NCBI RefSeq assembly: GCF_009914755.1
Contig: NC_060930.1
DNA from: the human T2T-CHM13v2.0 reference genome, Homo sapiens
Length of the DNA stretch: 64,000 bases
Strand: one strand, 5' to 3'
Notes under the pieces: model-generated
Database searches by the model: none
Told to the model about the DNA's origin: nothing
What the model saw: only the letters and a program-made list of their open reading frames with translations
In this document: positions 25,037 through 38,750 of the stretch, piece by piece
Numbering within the stretch: the stretch's first letter is position 1
Layout: every line of letters starts with the position of its first letter
Program-made: the position numbers and the translations under genes

Positions 25037-26111
25037 TGTGACCTGAGAGATCACGATAGATGCCTCTCTGTCTACTAAGATGAAACCTAGGGTTAAGGAA
25101 ACAGAAGGTAACTATTGGACAAGGGTTCAAAGCTTGGCTGGCACAGCAATTCCCTAAATTTCTAGAGCTACAAGAAAAACCACACCCTTGCTAAACTCCG
25201 TAATAGGAGCTATCAGTCAAATTGTCATTTCATTTCTAACTCTGATTTACAACCAAGGCCACCATAACCCTTATCAGACAGAGAATCGCCTTACAAAACA
25301 CTTTTCTGATAAGCAATTGTAGGCCTCAAACCAGTTTCAGCCAGTTTATACAGACAGGACATAAACTGTCTTTGTGTCCTGTAGTTCACTTTTTTTATGT
25401 GAACTGCCAAATTCCACCTCATTTTAAAGCTAAAGCCCTGCTTCAAAGAGAACATGGGATGTATGTTACATACATGTTTACTCATTGAACATGTGCTTGC
25501 CTGTCCCCCATAAATATGTATTGCTTTCCCCACAAACTTGCTGAATATGTCTGACTCTATTTTGAACACAGACCTTATGAGGCACAAAAATCACCCTGCC
25601 CTTTACCACTTCTAGGAGAGCACCCTGGGTCCACATCAGAGATGAAGTTTTCCCAGTTATATTATTTTGCTCTGTTTCCTCAGCCAAATTTCATGTTGAA
25701 TTGCGATTCTGACTGTTGGAGGTGGGGCCTGATGGGAGATGATTAAATCATGGGGGCAGTTTCCCCCTTGCTGTTCTCCTGATACTGAGTGAGTTCTCCT
25801 GAGATCTGGTTGTGTAAAAGTATATAACACCTCTCCCTTTACTCTCTCTCCTGCTGCCATGTGAAGACCATGCTTGCTTCCCCTTCACTTTCTGCCATGA
25901 TTGTAAGTTTTCTCAGGCCTCCCAGCCATGCCTCCTGTAGAGCCTGTGGAACTGTGTGACAATTAAACCTCTTTTCTTTATAAATCACCGAGTCTCAGGT
26001 AGTTCTTCATAGCAGTGTGAGAATTGACTAATACACCCAGTTAGCGAACTGATATCACAAATAAACTCTTCTTTCTACTGTTTAGTCTTTTTGGTAGTCT
26101 TTTGGATGACA
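25037..26111 (+). mobile_element. MER39-like ERV1 solo LTR interrupted by an MST element
   Basis: TG...CA ends; tgtgacctgagaga...ctacaagaaaaaccacacccttgctaaactcc. Confidence 0.75.
25657..26035 (+). mobile_element. MSTA-like MaLR solo LTR with 5-bp TSD cccag
   Basis: ctgccatgattgtaagttt...gactaataca; cccag at 25652-56 and 26036-40. Confidence 0.9.
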
Positions 26112-29009
26112 TAATCATTTCAAAGTTTGAATTTCAAGCTTTCATTTATTTGTTGAAATAATATGTTTCTTTAGCAAAGGTTAAAAAAATCAGTTTTGAT
26201 TTATGTCAAAATCATTTTTAATAGTCAAATTGTTTATACTCAAATTGTGACAGAAATATATATGTATGTGTAAATATATGTATGTATATATATGTATTGA
26301 ATATATGTACATTTATTACACAATTTTTTAAAATTCCATTTTATTTTAACCAAATTTTTATAGACATTATTTAAATACTAACTGATGTGATGGAAATAGC
26401 ATTGTATTGATAGACAGATCCATGGAAAATCTATTTGTGGTTTTGCTAAATACTTTTATCCTTCAGTGGTTTACTTGTTTTCTCCTTTGAACTGAGAGTA
26501 AAGCTTTACTGGATTCCTTATTAAAAGTAAATTAAATAATATCTTTCACACATGTTTGTTTAATATTTTCATAAAGTTATGATGCTATGTTTTATTGAAA
26601 ATTATAATTATATTTTTAACAGCTTTAAAAATCTTCCACAGATATGCCCAGTGGATTCACCTGATGGTTAGGTAAACTGTCAGAAGAGAAATGCACTTCT
26701 TATGGAGTGCTTAAACACAGGTATATATTTATATATTTACATATACATATATTCCTAATTTCTACAAGTAAATTCAAATGACAATAGAATTTTACTATCT
26801 TTAAAATCATTTCTCTGCATATTTTCACATTTTCTTTTTGGTTTTGGTTCATAGCCAACAAGTTATTTTCCATCTGTAGCAACAAAGATTAGGAATTTGG
26901 TTTCATGGTCTGATCCTTTATTGATATCTAACTAGATGAATGTTTCATAGAGATTCACTCTCTGTTGAATTAGAATCAAATGAGAATCTGTCTTTTCACT
27001 TTCTACATAGAGCTCAAAACAAGTAAGAAAGTCAAATCTACTAGGAAGTAGAATAGTTCTTTGACATGAACAGATAATAAAGTGTTATTTACACTTGCCC
27101 CAAGTCTAAAATATTACAACTGAAGCTATAAGTTTTCTCTGTGTCTGTATGTCTATGTGTTTGTAATTCACAAAGGCTTTCATTTCTGTTTGAGTATGTA
27201 ATGATTTTCTACATCCAGAGGATATTAGTTGTAAAGTTTTTTTTCAATTAAAGGAGCACTTTTATAACTGGCTTACAAATTTAATAAACACTCGTATAAG
27301 AAGCAACAAATTCTAGCATTTTATGACACTACTTTATTTTTCTATCTATCTCTAACTCTATATCTACAGGTAGTTTAGCTTCCTGAGATTTGAGACTATA
27401 TTGAACATAACTTACTGTGCTTTTCTTTAAAAAAAGAGAATATTCTCTTTTGTTACCTCAGAAAAATTACCAAAGTTAGAAAGTTGACTTGGCTATAAAG
27501 CTATATTTTCTAGCTTATAAGCCGTATTCAAAATTTGTTAATTTTTAAAATATTCTTTATGGAAAAATGCCTAATGTATTATTTCTGCACCTTATATATA
27601 ATTAGAAAATATGAAACACCAAAACTTCAAACTACCCATTGTATTTTTAATTATTATATATTTATTACAAAATAATACATAATGAAATCTTGAAAGAGAG
27701 CAATATTTTAACAAGGAATATTAGTATGAAATTTGGAAAACACAGACTTACTTCATATAACTATGTGCTTTCCCTTTTATTTTCAAAATAATTATTACTG
27801 GGATTTAAGAAAATCTGAAAGAACTAAAGTTGAATAATGAGTTTTTCTCTTGGCTATACCTCAAAAACCACATAACATTTTGTCTAAGGGATGTGATATG
27901 AACACCTAAATTATATCTAATGCTCTGGTTGAAATACTTTTATTAAATGGAAAAGATGGTGAATTATTTTATGCTGCAGTTATGTACTATATCTAAAAAC
28001 TATTGCAAGTAATTTCTAGGACTAAAAAATAATTTTGGATTTCAACATGATTTCTCATCTGTTCAGGTAGTCTAGACATCTACTAGAATTTTGGTTTTCT
28101 ATAAAATTTACACATAAGAAGTCTCTCAGAAAAATTAGCAAGAGAGTAAATTATATCAGTAGACATATAGAAACTTGAATCTGCCTTGTAAAGCAGAGGA
28201 AAGATTTCTCAACTTTGTGTATACAGAGAATCAAAGAGCTGCTTAAAGGAGTCCATTAATCTTTAAAAATTTTATACAAAAAATTCTATTAAACATTCTA
28301 TCAAAACATTACATCAAACATGTTAACAAATTTTGGACTGAATAGGGGTCGGCAACCCTAACTCCTGTATTTCACAGGTCAACTGTATATATATTATGTA
28401 CATAAAATATATAATTAATTATTAAACTTTGATTGCACAAAAACCTCAATATTACAAAATACACACAAATTAAATTAGAAGTTTTATTCTAGATATTTTA
28501 AAATGTTTACTTGATGAAGGAATGCAATAAAATCATGATTTTGGGCAGTGGAAGATCTTTTCTTCCCAAAGGAAACAGAAGTAAAACAAACAGCTGGAAA
28601 TTCCCTTTTTGATAATTCATTACTAGTAATGTATATACATAACACAATATTATTACCCCAAAGTCACTTCATCTGTAGAGAAATTAACCTTCCTGAAGGA
28701 TATTTATAACATACTTACAGAAAATGTTCTGCATAGGTAAATAAACAACTCTAGTTAAATAATGCCAGCTATCATTTCAGGGAATATCGTGTAATTTTCT
28801 AGAAATAATTTTGTCATATCCACATTATATTAGTACATAGGGTCACTTGGCAAAGGACTCTGTGGGAAAAAATTCTGTAAGATCTAATATATGCCCTTTA
28901 TCTTGCCATTTTGACCCTTGTTATTAAATAGATAAATAAAGTGACTTCAGAGGTGAAAGTGACTTTTCTTAATCATGATACGTAGAAAGCTGGATCCTTA
29001 AAATAATAT

Positions 29010-29858
29010 CTGTCAAGGTAAAAATTGCACCAAAGTTAGATAGGTAATTAAATTTTATTAAAGACTATTGAAATAGGGGAGAGAAACTAAACTCAATTCT
29101 CCAAAAATAGAATGCAGGAGAAATTTTAATTGCGAACTTGAACTAATAAAAAATGACAGCAGTCCTCCCTTATTGTTGGTTTCGCTTTCCATGATTTCAG
29201 TCACCACGGTTCAAAAATATGTTAGTATGGTTTAGTAAGATATCTTGAAAAAGAGAGACCATAGTCACATAACTTTTATTATAGTATACTGTTATAATTG
29301 TTATATTTTTATTAGTAATTGTTGTTAATCTCTTTTTGTGCCTGATTTATAAATTAAACTTCATCATAGGTATGTATGTATAGAAAAAAATACAGTAAAT
29401 ACAGGGTTTGGTACTATTCACAGTTTCAGGCATACACTGGGGTCTTGGAAAGTATCCCTGCAGGTAAGAGGGAAGACTGTTATACTTGATGTCACTGGAG
29501 AAGAGTTTGATCAATGAAATGTGTCAAGCAGATTGAGTTATTATTGAGTTTGCAAAGATTTTGCTCTGTGAGTAGGCCTTCTGTAGAGTACACAGGGAAG
29601 TAAGAGTACTATTTTCTTTGATGTTTACATTTCAGAGACATGGTTCCAAGGTCCTTGATACAGACATCCCAGGCATCCTTAAACTGGCAAGAGGTTGGAA
29701 GAAGATTTATATACATTTCAAAAAGGCAGATAATTTACAACTGCAAATTTTTTAAAGTACATCCTATAAGAAAAAAAGAGTGCAGGGGCCTGTAGGCAAT
29801 AAGAAACCTGTCTGAAGTTTAGTCAAGGTGAGGGAAAGAGGAAGGTTGTTTTGGCTCT
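29010..29858 (-). mobile_element. MER67-like ERV1 LTR interrupted by MER44
   Basis: taaactggcaagagg...aagtttagtcaaggtgagggaa; subfamily uncertain. Confidence 0.5.
29158..29480 (+). mobile_element. MER44A (Tigger family)
   Basis: cagcagtcctcccttatt...cacataacttttattatagtata...ggggtcttggaaagtatccc. Confidence 0.85.
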
Positions 29859-30189
29859 ATATTTAGCTAACTAAAAGGGAACAGATTTTAAAAATCATAT
29901 CTGGATGAATTAAAGTTCAAATTTATACTGGATTAAGACCTAGTCATAAATTCTGAAATAAAATAAACTTGGTAAAAACCTTTCACATCCCAAATTTTAG
30001 TGCTCCATGGACTCTTCTACTTTGTTTGAAATTCACCTTCCCTTCCCAGTAACTCATAATAATATATAATTTCATAACATTTTTGTAGCATGGTTGTAGA
30101 AAATAAGATAAACTTATTTGTAATTATGTGTTTCCATTCCAGAAGCATTTGCATTTAAAAGGACCTCACTCAGAGAAGGAACACATTTT

Positions 30190-31350
30190 AATACAAAAAA
30201 AATTAAAACAACACTCTTGGAATTTCTGTCTTTGATGATGAAAACTAAAATAAACCTAATTTCCCATCATAAGTTTCAAAATACTGAGAAAAAGCAAGAC
30301 TAACTTACTATTTACTCTATGAAATACTTGCTTCTGGAACATAAGACTGTGAACCAACTAAAATAAGTTATTTACAAAAACTAACAGTTTGCACATCAAG
30401 ACTCACTTTAAAGATTCTCAGTATATTGTGCCACCAATACGAAGCTTTCCTTCATAAACTCTAACCAATCCCCACTAAATACCCTCTACAACTGACTCAA
30501 GGCTCTACACCAAATAAATAACTTTCCACAACTTCTCCCATCTGATGCACTACTAAGACTCTACTAAGGTGTTGTTTTCCCTTATTGAAAGAAGTCTAAA
30601 ATAATTAGTTTTTCTCCATCAGCAGAATAGTCTGGTGGTCTTTTGGAGGGTAAATAGTGAATAAATCCAAAGTTTCACAAAATCTCATTAAAATGCCCTC
30701 ACTCTCAAGGCTGGATAGCAACCAATGCACTACGCTGAGACCACTGGATATTCTCTCCAACTGTGAAAGTGACATAGGTACAGTATCAAGTCTAAACTCC
30801 AATATTTTTCATCAACTTCACAAATGTCATGTTTCTGTTGTTTCTTAAGAATAAAAAAAATTCGAATATATATAAATAGGAAAACTCTCCGTCTTCATCA
30901 CTTTTTCAGGTGAGTCTATAAGAGGAAGCTCAGCTGGGAGAGGAAAGCGTGGGTTCTATAAGTACATCATTCAAGTGTTCTAAATAAGCGATGAGTTCAG
31001 ATGATCACATCACTCTGGTGTTCCTTTGGGCAACATTTTTATTGTCACCTTTTAAAAAATCTTCTAAACAGTCTTAGTTGATTTGAAATTGATTGATCTT
31101 TTGAATTTTCTGGAGACATGATATTGTACAAATGCTTGCTGACATAAGTTTTCACGGGTTCTTCTCAGTCTTTTATACCTGGACACCACACATTCCTCCC
31201 CTCATATTGTAAGCCATATACATATCTCTCTAATTGGCATAATTTCTCAAAGGACAATGTGAAATTGCAGTGACCACCCTGGGGAAATTTTGACATGAAC
31301 AAGACTATTTATTTGACAGATCTAATAGAACAAAAAGGGAAAAATCCTCA
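30190..31350 (+). mobile_element. Old ERV1-like LTR plus internal 5' fragment (MER31/MER67-like)
   Basis: LTR-like 3' end gtctggtggtcttttggaggg followed by leader-like text. Confidence 0.4.
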
Positions 31351-32323
31351 TGAGGAGATTCTCTGTCCTGTATATCTAATAGAGAGATTACTGTGTATTA
31401 TACAAAACCTTCTCTTTCATTTTCATGCTTCTGGGATTAAGAAGCACTAGATTTTTAATTATATGGCTCTGTGGAATTGTCAAGTATGTGAGTTGTTTAA
31501 ACTGTCTATAATAATTTGTTCTTATGTGTTTGAAAATAGGTTTTTCTTCATTTAAGCATCTCCAATGCTGTGCAGAAGGGAGATAATCAAACTTTGCAAT
31601 CATAATTTTACATCTACCAGAATCTAGATAAACTTCATTTATTCATTTTTCACTTTTTCTCCTTTTCTGTTTTGCTTAGAAAAAATAGAAATTAATTGAT
31701 CATAAATATTTTTATAACATTCTATATTGCCATTCTAGGATGATTTTTCAGATAGTCGACATTTTACAATGAAAGGAAACGATTAACTGTGCTTTATTTA
31801 CATGATTTCTCTTCCCAAATTTTAACAAATCAGGAAAAGCATTCATGTGTATGGGTAATATTGTTAGTCTTTTAGTTGAGAAAAACATTGGGCTCCACAG
31901 AGCTTTGGCTTAATCCTAAAGTTCTGATTTTTCAAAATACATAAATACTGAGGTTTGCTCATTTATATTAGTACATATGTATTTATTTATTCTAAAGAGG
32001 CTTATTTATTTAAAAAGGACTCATGTAATTTTTAAATAAATGACACTTCAGAAAAATTAGCCTGATTTAATTTAACTTTAAGAGAAATATTCTATAATTA
32101 TGTCCTCAAATTGTCTGATTACACAATCTAAAATTGATATAATCGAAATTTTAATAACAGATATAATTTAAAAGGGTTGAATCTTGTGAATTCTTACTAA
32201 TTTTACTACACTGATGTATTAGAATGTTTTATTGATGATACTACAAATCATAAGAACTTAAAATGATTGTGTAAGTTTACAATTTCTAAATATTTAGTCA
32301 ACATTAAGAACTTACACAGATAT

Positions 32324-32401
32324 TTAATCAAATTAGTCAAATTATTTTGGATGCCTGAACAATTAATCAAATTAATCAAATTATTTTGGTTGCCTGAACA
32401 A
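32324..32401 (+). repeat. 39-bp tandem duplication (37/39 identical)
   Basis: ttaatcaaatta(g/a)tcaaattattttgg(a/t)tgcctgaacaa x2. Confidence 0.9.
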
Positions 32402-33866
32402 TTCCTAATTAAGAAAATTATAAAAATATAGTCTCTAAATATAGATTTAAATTACCTCTGTCCTTATAGAATGGAAATAAGGTGTGCAAATACAGTTGAA
32501 GGATGTGTATTTATATTTATTTTGCCTATGATAAAAGTTGTTAAAGTTATATAAAATGTGTAATCATAAAGTAATAAAATAGCCAAAATGATCTTAGATT
32601 GCTATATTTGCGTATTTTCTTGAGTCTAAAGAAATTGTCTAATTTAATTAAAGTTGGTGATTTATATTATAAAAGGATACTGAGAACTAGAAATACATAA
32701 ACAAAACAACAAATATGATTTGCTTGTTCCTGACAAAGGTTTACAGTTACTGAATTATTAAGTGTATTATAATATGTAACTATTTTTAATATACTGATAA
32801 AGCTAAAAGTCTTAAAGATAAAGCTGTAATGTAATCATCTATGTGTATAGTGATGTATATGTGATTGGCAAAATATATATATATGTAAGAACGTATTAAG
32901 CTTACTTCATATATTTATGACTTGTAAACATATATCAAAATATATTTTAGGGCATACTTTTAGATGTTCTGTGGTATTTGAAGTCTTTTTGCCTGTAGTT
33001 GTAATGCCTCTAGATGAATTTGAAGGAAATAGTGACTTGTATCAGTTTTTACAAGGTTGACTCAATATAAATTGATACATTAATAAAGAAAAGGGCTTAT
33101 GAGTCTTTACTGAAATGTATACAATATGCAGAATTAAAACATGGCTTTCTTAAAATGACCAAATTAGGATGTATCAAGACAAGATAGGTTACAAATACTT
33201 TGTTAATTATCTTTTGGGAAAATTCTTGAATCATTTTAACAAAAAGTTCCTATTCCTAAGTTGTTTAAAATGAAGATTCTTAAATTTTTCTTAATTATTG
33301 TTACATATTAAAAAATATAATCTTAATTTGTATAAGACAGTGGTGAGGGGATAAAAGGAGGGCCTCTCTTTTATTCTTGCCATAGGCCTCACAATTTTTA
33401 GTGATGGAACTGCCTAGAGATTAGAAATTATTTTCATTTATTTTTATTTATTTTATTTTTTAAGTAGCTTGCTCGTGTAAGAGATTAGAAATCTCTCAGA
33501 GATTTAAACATATCCAAAAGACAAATGCATTTCATTATGATCTGTAAGCAAAAAAAGTGGCATAATCACAACTGTATCTGAGAGGCTTTAGTCAGCCTGC
33601 AAATTATAACATTAATAAAAAACAAGAAGACTAGGAACAAAATGATTCTTCAAAATTTTTACTTTCCCATATTATAAATGTATGACGTAAATATAAATTT
33701 CCAAGTAGACTGTTGAGAATTTGTTTACGAAGTTATATTTAAACTATGCAAACTATATATTTTGAATATTGAAGAATCTGTAACCTAAACATTTCTAACT
33801 TTCTAAAAATCAGACAATTACAAGCTAAAGAGAAAAATGAAAAGCAACTACATAAAATTACCTTAC

Positions 33867-34006
33867 CTCTTTTGTGCCTTCATGTGGGAACCAACATGAA
33901 GAATTATTATCTTCAGGATCGTTCACATAGGTTGCATCTTCAGTGCAGTTTGCAGCCAGAAAGAAATAGGCATCAATAACCCCTTGGCACTTTTCGCCTT
34001 CAGATC
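33867..34006 (-). CDS. EYS: EYS coding exon (probably exon 10), 140 nt: (G)SEGEKCQGVIDAYFFLAANCTEDATYVNDPEDNNSSCWFPHEGTKE
   Basis: Acceptor ttttttttaaag, donor GAG|gtaagg, phase 1 to 0, open frame continuous with both flanking exons. Confidence 0.96.
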
Positions 34007-34381
34007 CTTTAAAAAAAAAGAGATAAAAAATTAAATAAACTCTTACAAACTTGAATTCAGAATGAATTATTAAGGACTGTGGTCAAATTACTTGAAAAGA
34101 TAAATTTGACAACATCTGCCACAAAATAAGTTCCTGTATGCATATGATATTGAATTTGAAGAAGACCTCAAAGCCCAACACTCTCATTTTAAACATGAAC
34201 TGAGAAATACAGCATCACAAGAAGAAGAAGAGACAGCTCCCAGGCCAATTCATTTTTTAAAATAATCAAATTTTGACTAAACTGTAATTAATAATTATAA
34301 GAAAGGATGGTAGAACGATAAAAAGAACACTGTCCTATAACAAAAATAAAAGCAGAGATTGCAAAAGAGCAGAAGAAAGAA

Positions 34382-34420
34382 GTGACCTATATTCAAGAGA
34401 ATGTGACCTATATTCAAGAG
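34382..34420 (+). repeat. Tandem duplication, 21-bp period
   Basis: gtgacctatattcaagag twice, perfect. Confidence 0.9.
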
Positions 34421-36690
34421 GAAAACTAAAATTTTAAGGCCCAGACCTAGAATTCTCAGACAAGGACTTTAAAATGATTATATTAAACTTTCTGAAAAAT
34501 CAACAGGAAAAGATGAATAAAATAGATAATTAGATAAGGAATTAGGGGATGAGAGATTTTGAAATTGTAGGAAAAACCAAACAAAAAAATGGTAAATCTC
34601 AGAATTGTAGGGAAAAAGGAGTTAATTAAACTGGGCTGAAAACCCATTATTGGTCATTAATAGTGGTAATAAAAGAACATAGAAGACCTGATCCAATCTT
34701 TTTGTAAACATGACTACATCTCCTAGTAAACAAACAAAAAATATTTGTCAGAGGACAGTATTTATCTAAAGAATCTTTTAGCAAAATATCTCTGGCTTTG
34801 GATTGCTTATAGTAAACAAATCTAAACTCTAGGGACTCGCAAGGCATCATTTCTTGGAAAATAGAATGTAAGCTATGCATTTTACAACTGAGTTGTAAAT
34901 TAGAAATGATTCATAAACTGACATCTCCCTACCGTGTGAATATTTCACCAAGAAATCTCACATATTACTGGAAAAAAAGAAGGAGCTAGGAACCAAGCAC
35001 AATATCCCAAATCTCTTCAATCATATGTATGTAATTTGACTGTTTATAAATTTAAGATTACAGAAAATTATGGCTATGTTAATAAAACAATTAATGGATG
35101 AGATTATCAGATCAAACACAAGAGAAGAAAAGATCAGTAAATTTAATGATAGGTCAATAAAAATTCTACCTGTAACATTCTGAGAGTAATTAACTCAAAC
35201 AGGATTATGCTAGCTCCATATAATTAATTGATATGTGTTCCTCCCTCTGTGTTTTTGTGCAAATTTATGTAGTATTAGAATGAATACTTTATTGAAAATT
35301 TGGAGAACTTTAATAGAAGGCCATATATTTCAAGTATGCTTTTGTGGGATGATTTTTAAAACTATTTTATTCAGTTATTTAAGAAATTGTAGGATTATTT
35401 AGAATTGAAATTTATGATTTGCTCAGTTTTTCCAACTAGTATTTTTTTAGAAATTTATCCATTTCATTTAAATTGTCCAATTTATTAGTATAAAGTTTTT
35501 CATAATGATATATCTGACTAAACATTAGGATTTAACTCTTAACGTCTTCCCTCTGCCTCCCAAGACCTCAAAAAAACAGAGAATTAAAAAAATAAATAAA
35601 ACAAACGTTTTAACCCACAAAAAAGAGTGAGAAGATGAAAAAAAATGATACACTGACTAAATTAGCAGAAAGGCTACAGCCAAAACACAAATGAGGGGAT
35701 ATAATTATGAAAAAAAAATTGGACTAGCAGAAATACTGAGATGCTCTGGGTTTAAAAAGCATCTGAGAATCTGATACTAAGGTGGGCTCTGGAAACACGA
35801 TTAGCTGACACTGAGAGTCTCTCTCCCAACTCAGTGATCCAGATTATTATTCTAACTCCTCACTCAGCTTTACAAACAAACAATTTCCGAGGTTTGTTTT
35901 CAGGAGTTAAAGAATCTCAGGAGCTCCTGCCTTAAGGATACCAAGCTCCTTGAGGGTCCCCTAGCGAAAGCCTAGTTGCCATCCTGCAACCCTGTCATAG
36001 AGCTCCAGTCATCATGGCCCATCCTTGTATGGTCAGTTTCCAGTCAGCCTTCTTAGTTCCTCTCCGTTAAATATGATCACCCCACATTTGGCAGAAAGAC
36101 TCCAAACGAGAGAGAACAAATCTTTATAAACAGTATTTACAGAAAACTGAGACACTAGGCAAAAAAGAAGAAAATTAAAACAAACAAAACTATAACATTT
36201 TTAGAGAGAGAAGAAAAGTCATTTTACCCTTATTGAAAAAAAAAAAAAAAAACAATGTCCGAAGTGTGTATAATTTAAAGGATGGAAAACTGCCCTAGAT
36301 TATTACAAATATAGTAAAACAAATTAAAAATTCAAACTCATTTTGAGATATTCAATTGGAGGAATGGAGTAGAAAATAAAGCAATATGAAAAGAAATAGG
36401 AAAGAGAAAAGAAATTATGAGAAAACGAGGGGATCAATTTAGGAGATGTGATACCCAATTTTTGGAATTGGGGCTACAGAAAAAAACAGGAAAAAGGACT
36501 TTTTAGGGGAAAAAATACAGAAACTACCTAAAAATGGAAAGACCCATGCTTCCAAATAGAAGAGTTTAACAAGAGACAACAAGAACATACTATGTAAACG
36601 TTTCAACATTGTGAAATTTCAGAACACTGAGCAAAAAACATGGAAAAGTGTTCCACAGAAATAAACACAAATTATATATAAAGAAGCACA
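34420..36690 (+). mobile_element. Old L1M/HAL1-like ORF1-region fragments, mixed with other remnants
   Basis: cagacaaggactttaaaatg, cattgtgaaatttcagaacac; A-rich. Confidence 0.5.
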
Positions 36691-37389
36691 AGGTTGTCTA
36701 CTATACACATGATTCTACACTGCTGCATGCCTTTCTTTCACCTTATCATGTATCTCAGTCCTAGATGAGTTCTACATTCATTTCCATATTTATGTTTACT
36801 CTTTTTCTTAATAACCAATGATACCAGGTATAAAATTACACCTATATTATTTAGCATGTGGATGTATTCTCAATGATCAGAAGGTTAGGTCAAATGCTAT
36901 AGAATTTGTAATATTGACGGATATTGCAAAACTATCCCACTTAGATATTATAGTGATTTTACAGTATTGCCAGCAATGGATAGTCATTAAATTGTCCAAT
37001 TCTAAAATTTTTACCAGGCTAAGAGGAGAAAAATTATATACTTACAGTGTTTTTTAAATTTGCTTTGATTGCATTATGAATAGAGCTTAGCATTTTCCCC
37101 ACATATTTAGGGATACTCTCTGTGTCTTCGTATGTAAACTGGGTGTTTATATTACTGACTTACCTTTCAGCTTTTTCAGTTTTTCCTTCTTAATTTCTAA
37201 GTTATTGATATATTCTCGATCCTAATCTATCTTTTGTGAAGTAAAATGTTTGTGCAGTGTTTCTTTTGCATTTTGATTTTTATGTCTTTCATAAGCAGAT
37301 ATTTTTACTTGTCTTGTAGTGAAATTCACCAGTCTTTTCTTTCTGACATCAACATTTTTAGTATTAACTATAAACATCTTCCCCATCCA

Positions 37390-38750
37390 TTTTTTTTTTG
37401 TTTTTCCCTTTGAGTTTTTGTGGGTAAATACTAGGTGTATATATTTATGGGTTACATGAGATATTTTGCTACAGGCATACAATGTATAGCAATCACCTCA
37501 GGGAAAATAGTGTATCCATCACTTCGAGCATTTATCCTTTCTTGGTGTTACAGATAACCCAATTATATTCTTTTAATTACTTAAAAATGTACAGTAAATT
37601 ATTGTTGCCTGTAGTCACCCTGTGGTTCTATCAGATACTAGATCTTACTAATTATATCTAATTATATTTTTGTACCCATTATCTATCCCCACTTCCATCC
37701 ACCTCACTATCCTTCCAAACCTCTGGTAACCATCATTCTACTCTCTATCTGTAGGAGTTCCATTGTTTTAATTTTAAGCTCCTACAAATACATGAGAACA
37801 TGTGAATTTGTCTTTCTGCGCCTGGCTTATTTCACTTAACATAATGACCTCTATCTAGTTCCATCCATGTTGTTGCAAATGACAGGATCTCATTTTTTTA
37901 TATAGCTGAATAGTATTCTATTTAGTAAATATACCATATTTCCCTTACTCATTCATCTGTTGGTGGACATCCAGGTTGCTTCAAAATCTTGGCTATTGTG
38001 AACAGTGCTGAAGTAAACATGGAAGTGCAGATATCTCTTCAATATACTTATCCCCTTTCATTTGAGTATATACCTAGCAGTGGGATTGCTGGATCATATG
38101 GCAGTTCTATTTTTAGTATTTTTTAGGAACCTCCAAACTGTTCTCCACAGTGATTGTACTAATTTACATTCCCACCAACAGTGTACAAGGGTTCCCTTTT
38201 CTATACATTCCTGCTAGCATTTGTTATTGCCTGTCCTTTGCACTAGGGTGAGATGACATCTCATTTTAGTTATGATTTGCATTTATCTGATGACTAATAA
38301 TGTTGAGCACATTTTCATATGCCTGTTTGCTATTTGCATATCTTCTTTTGAGCCACATCTATTTAGATCTTTTTTCCCATTTCTAAAAATCATATTATTA
38401 TTTTATTCCTGTAGAGTTGTTTGAGCTCCTTCTGTATTCTGGTTATTAATCCCTTGTCAGACAGATAGTTTGCAAATATGATATACCATTCTGTGAGTTT
38501 TGTCTTTGTTGTTTCCTTTCTTCTACAGAAGCATTTTAACTTGCTGTGAGCTCATTTGTCTATTTTTTGTTTGATTACTAGTGCTTGTGGGGTATTACTC
38601 AAGAAATCTTTGCCCAGTCCAATATGCTGGATAGTTTCCCCAATGTTTTCTTTTAGTAGTTTCATAGTTTGAAGTCTTAGATGCAAGTCTTTAATCCATT
38701 TTGATTTGCTTTTTGTATATGGTGAGAGATAGGGGTTTAGTTTCATTCTT
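37390..38750 (-). mobile_element. L1MA 3' end nested in an older L1M (about 36700-39300)
   Basis: ORF 38552-38785 is L1 ORF2 (MKLNPYLSPYTK..KWIKDL); L1MA-type 3' UTR. Confidence 0.92.
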
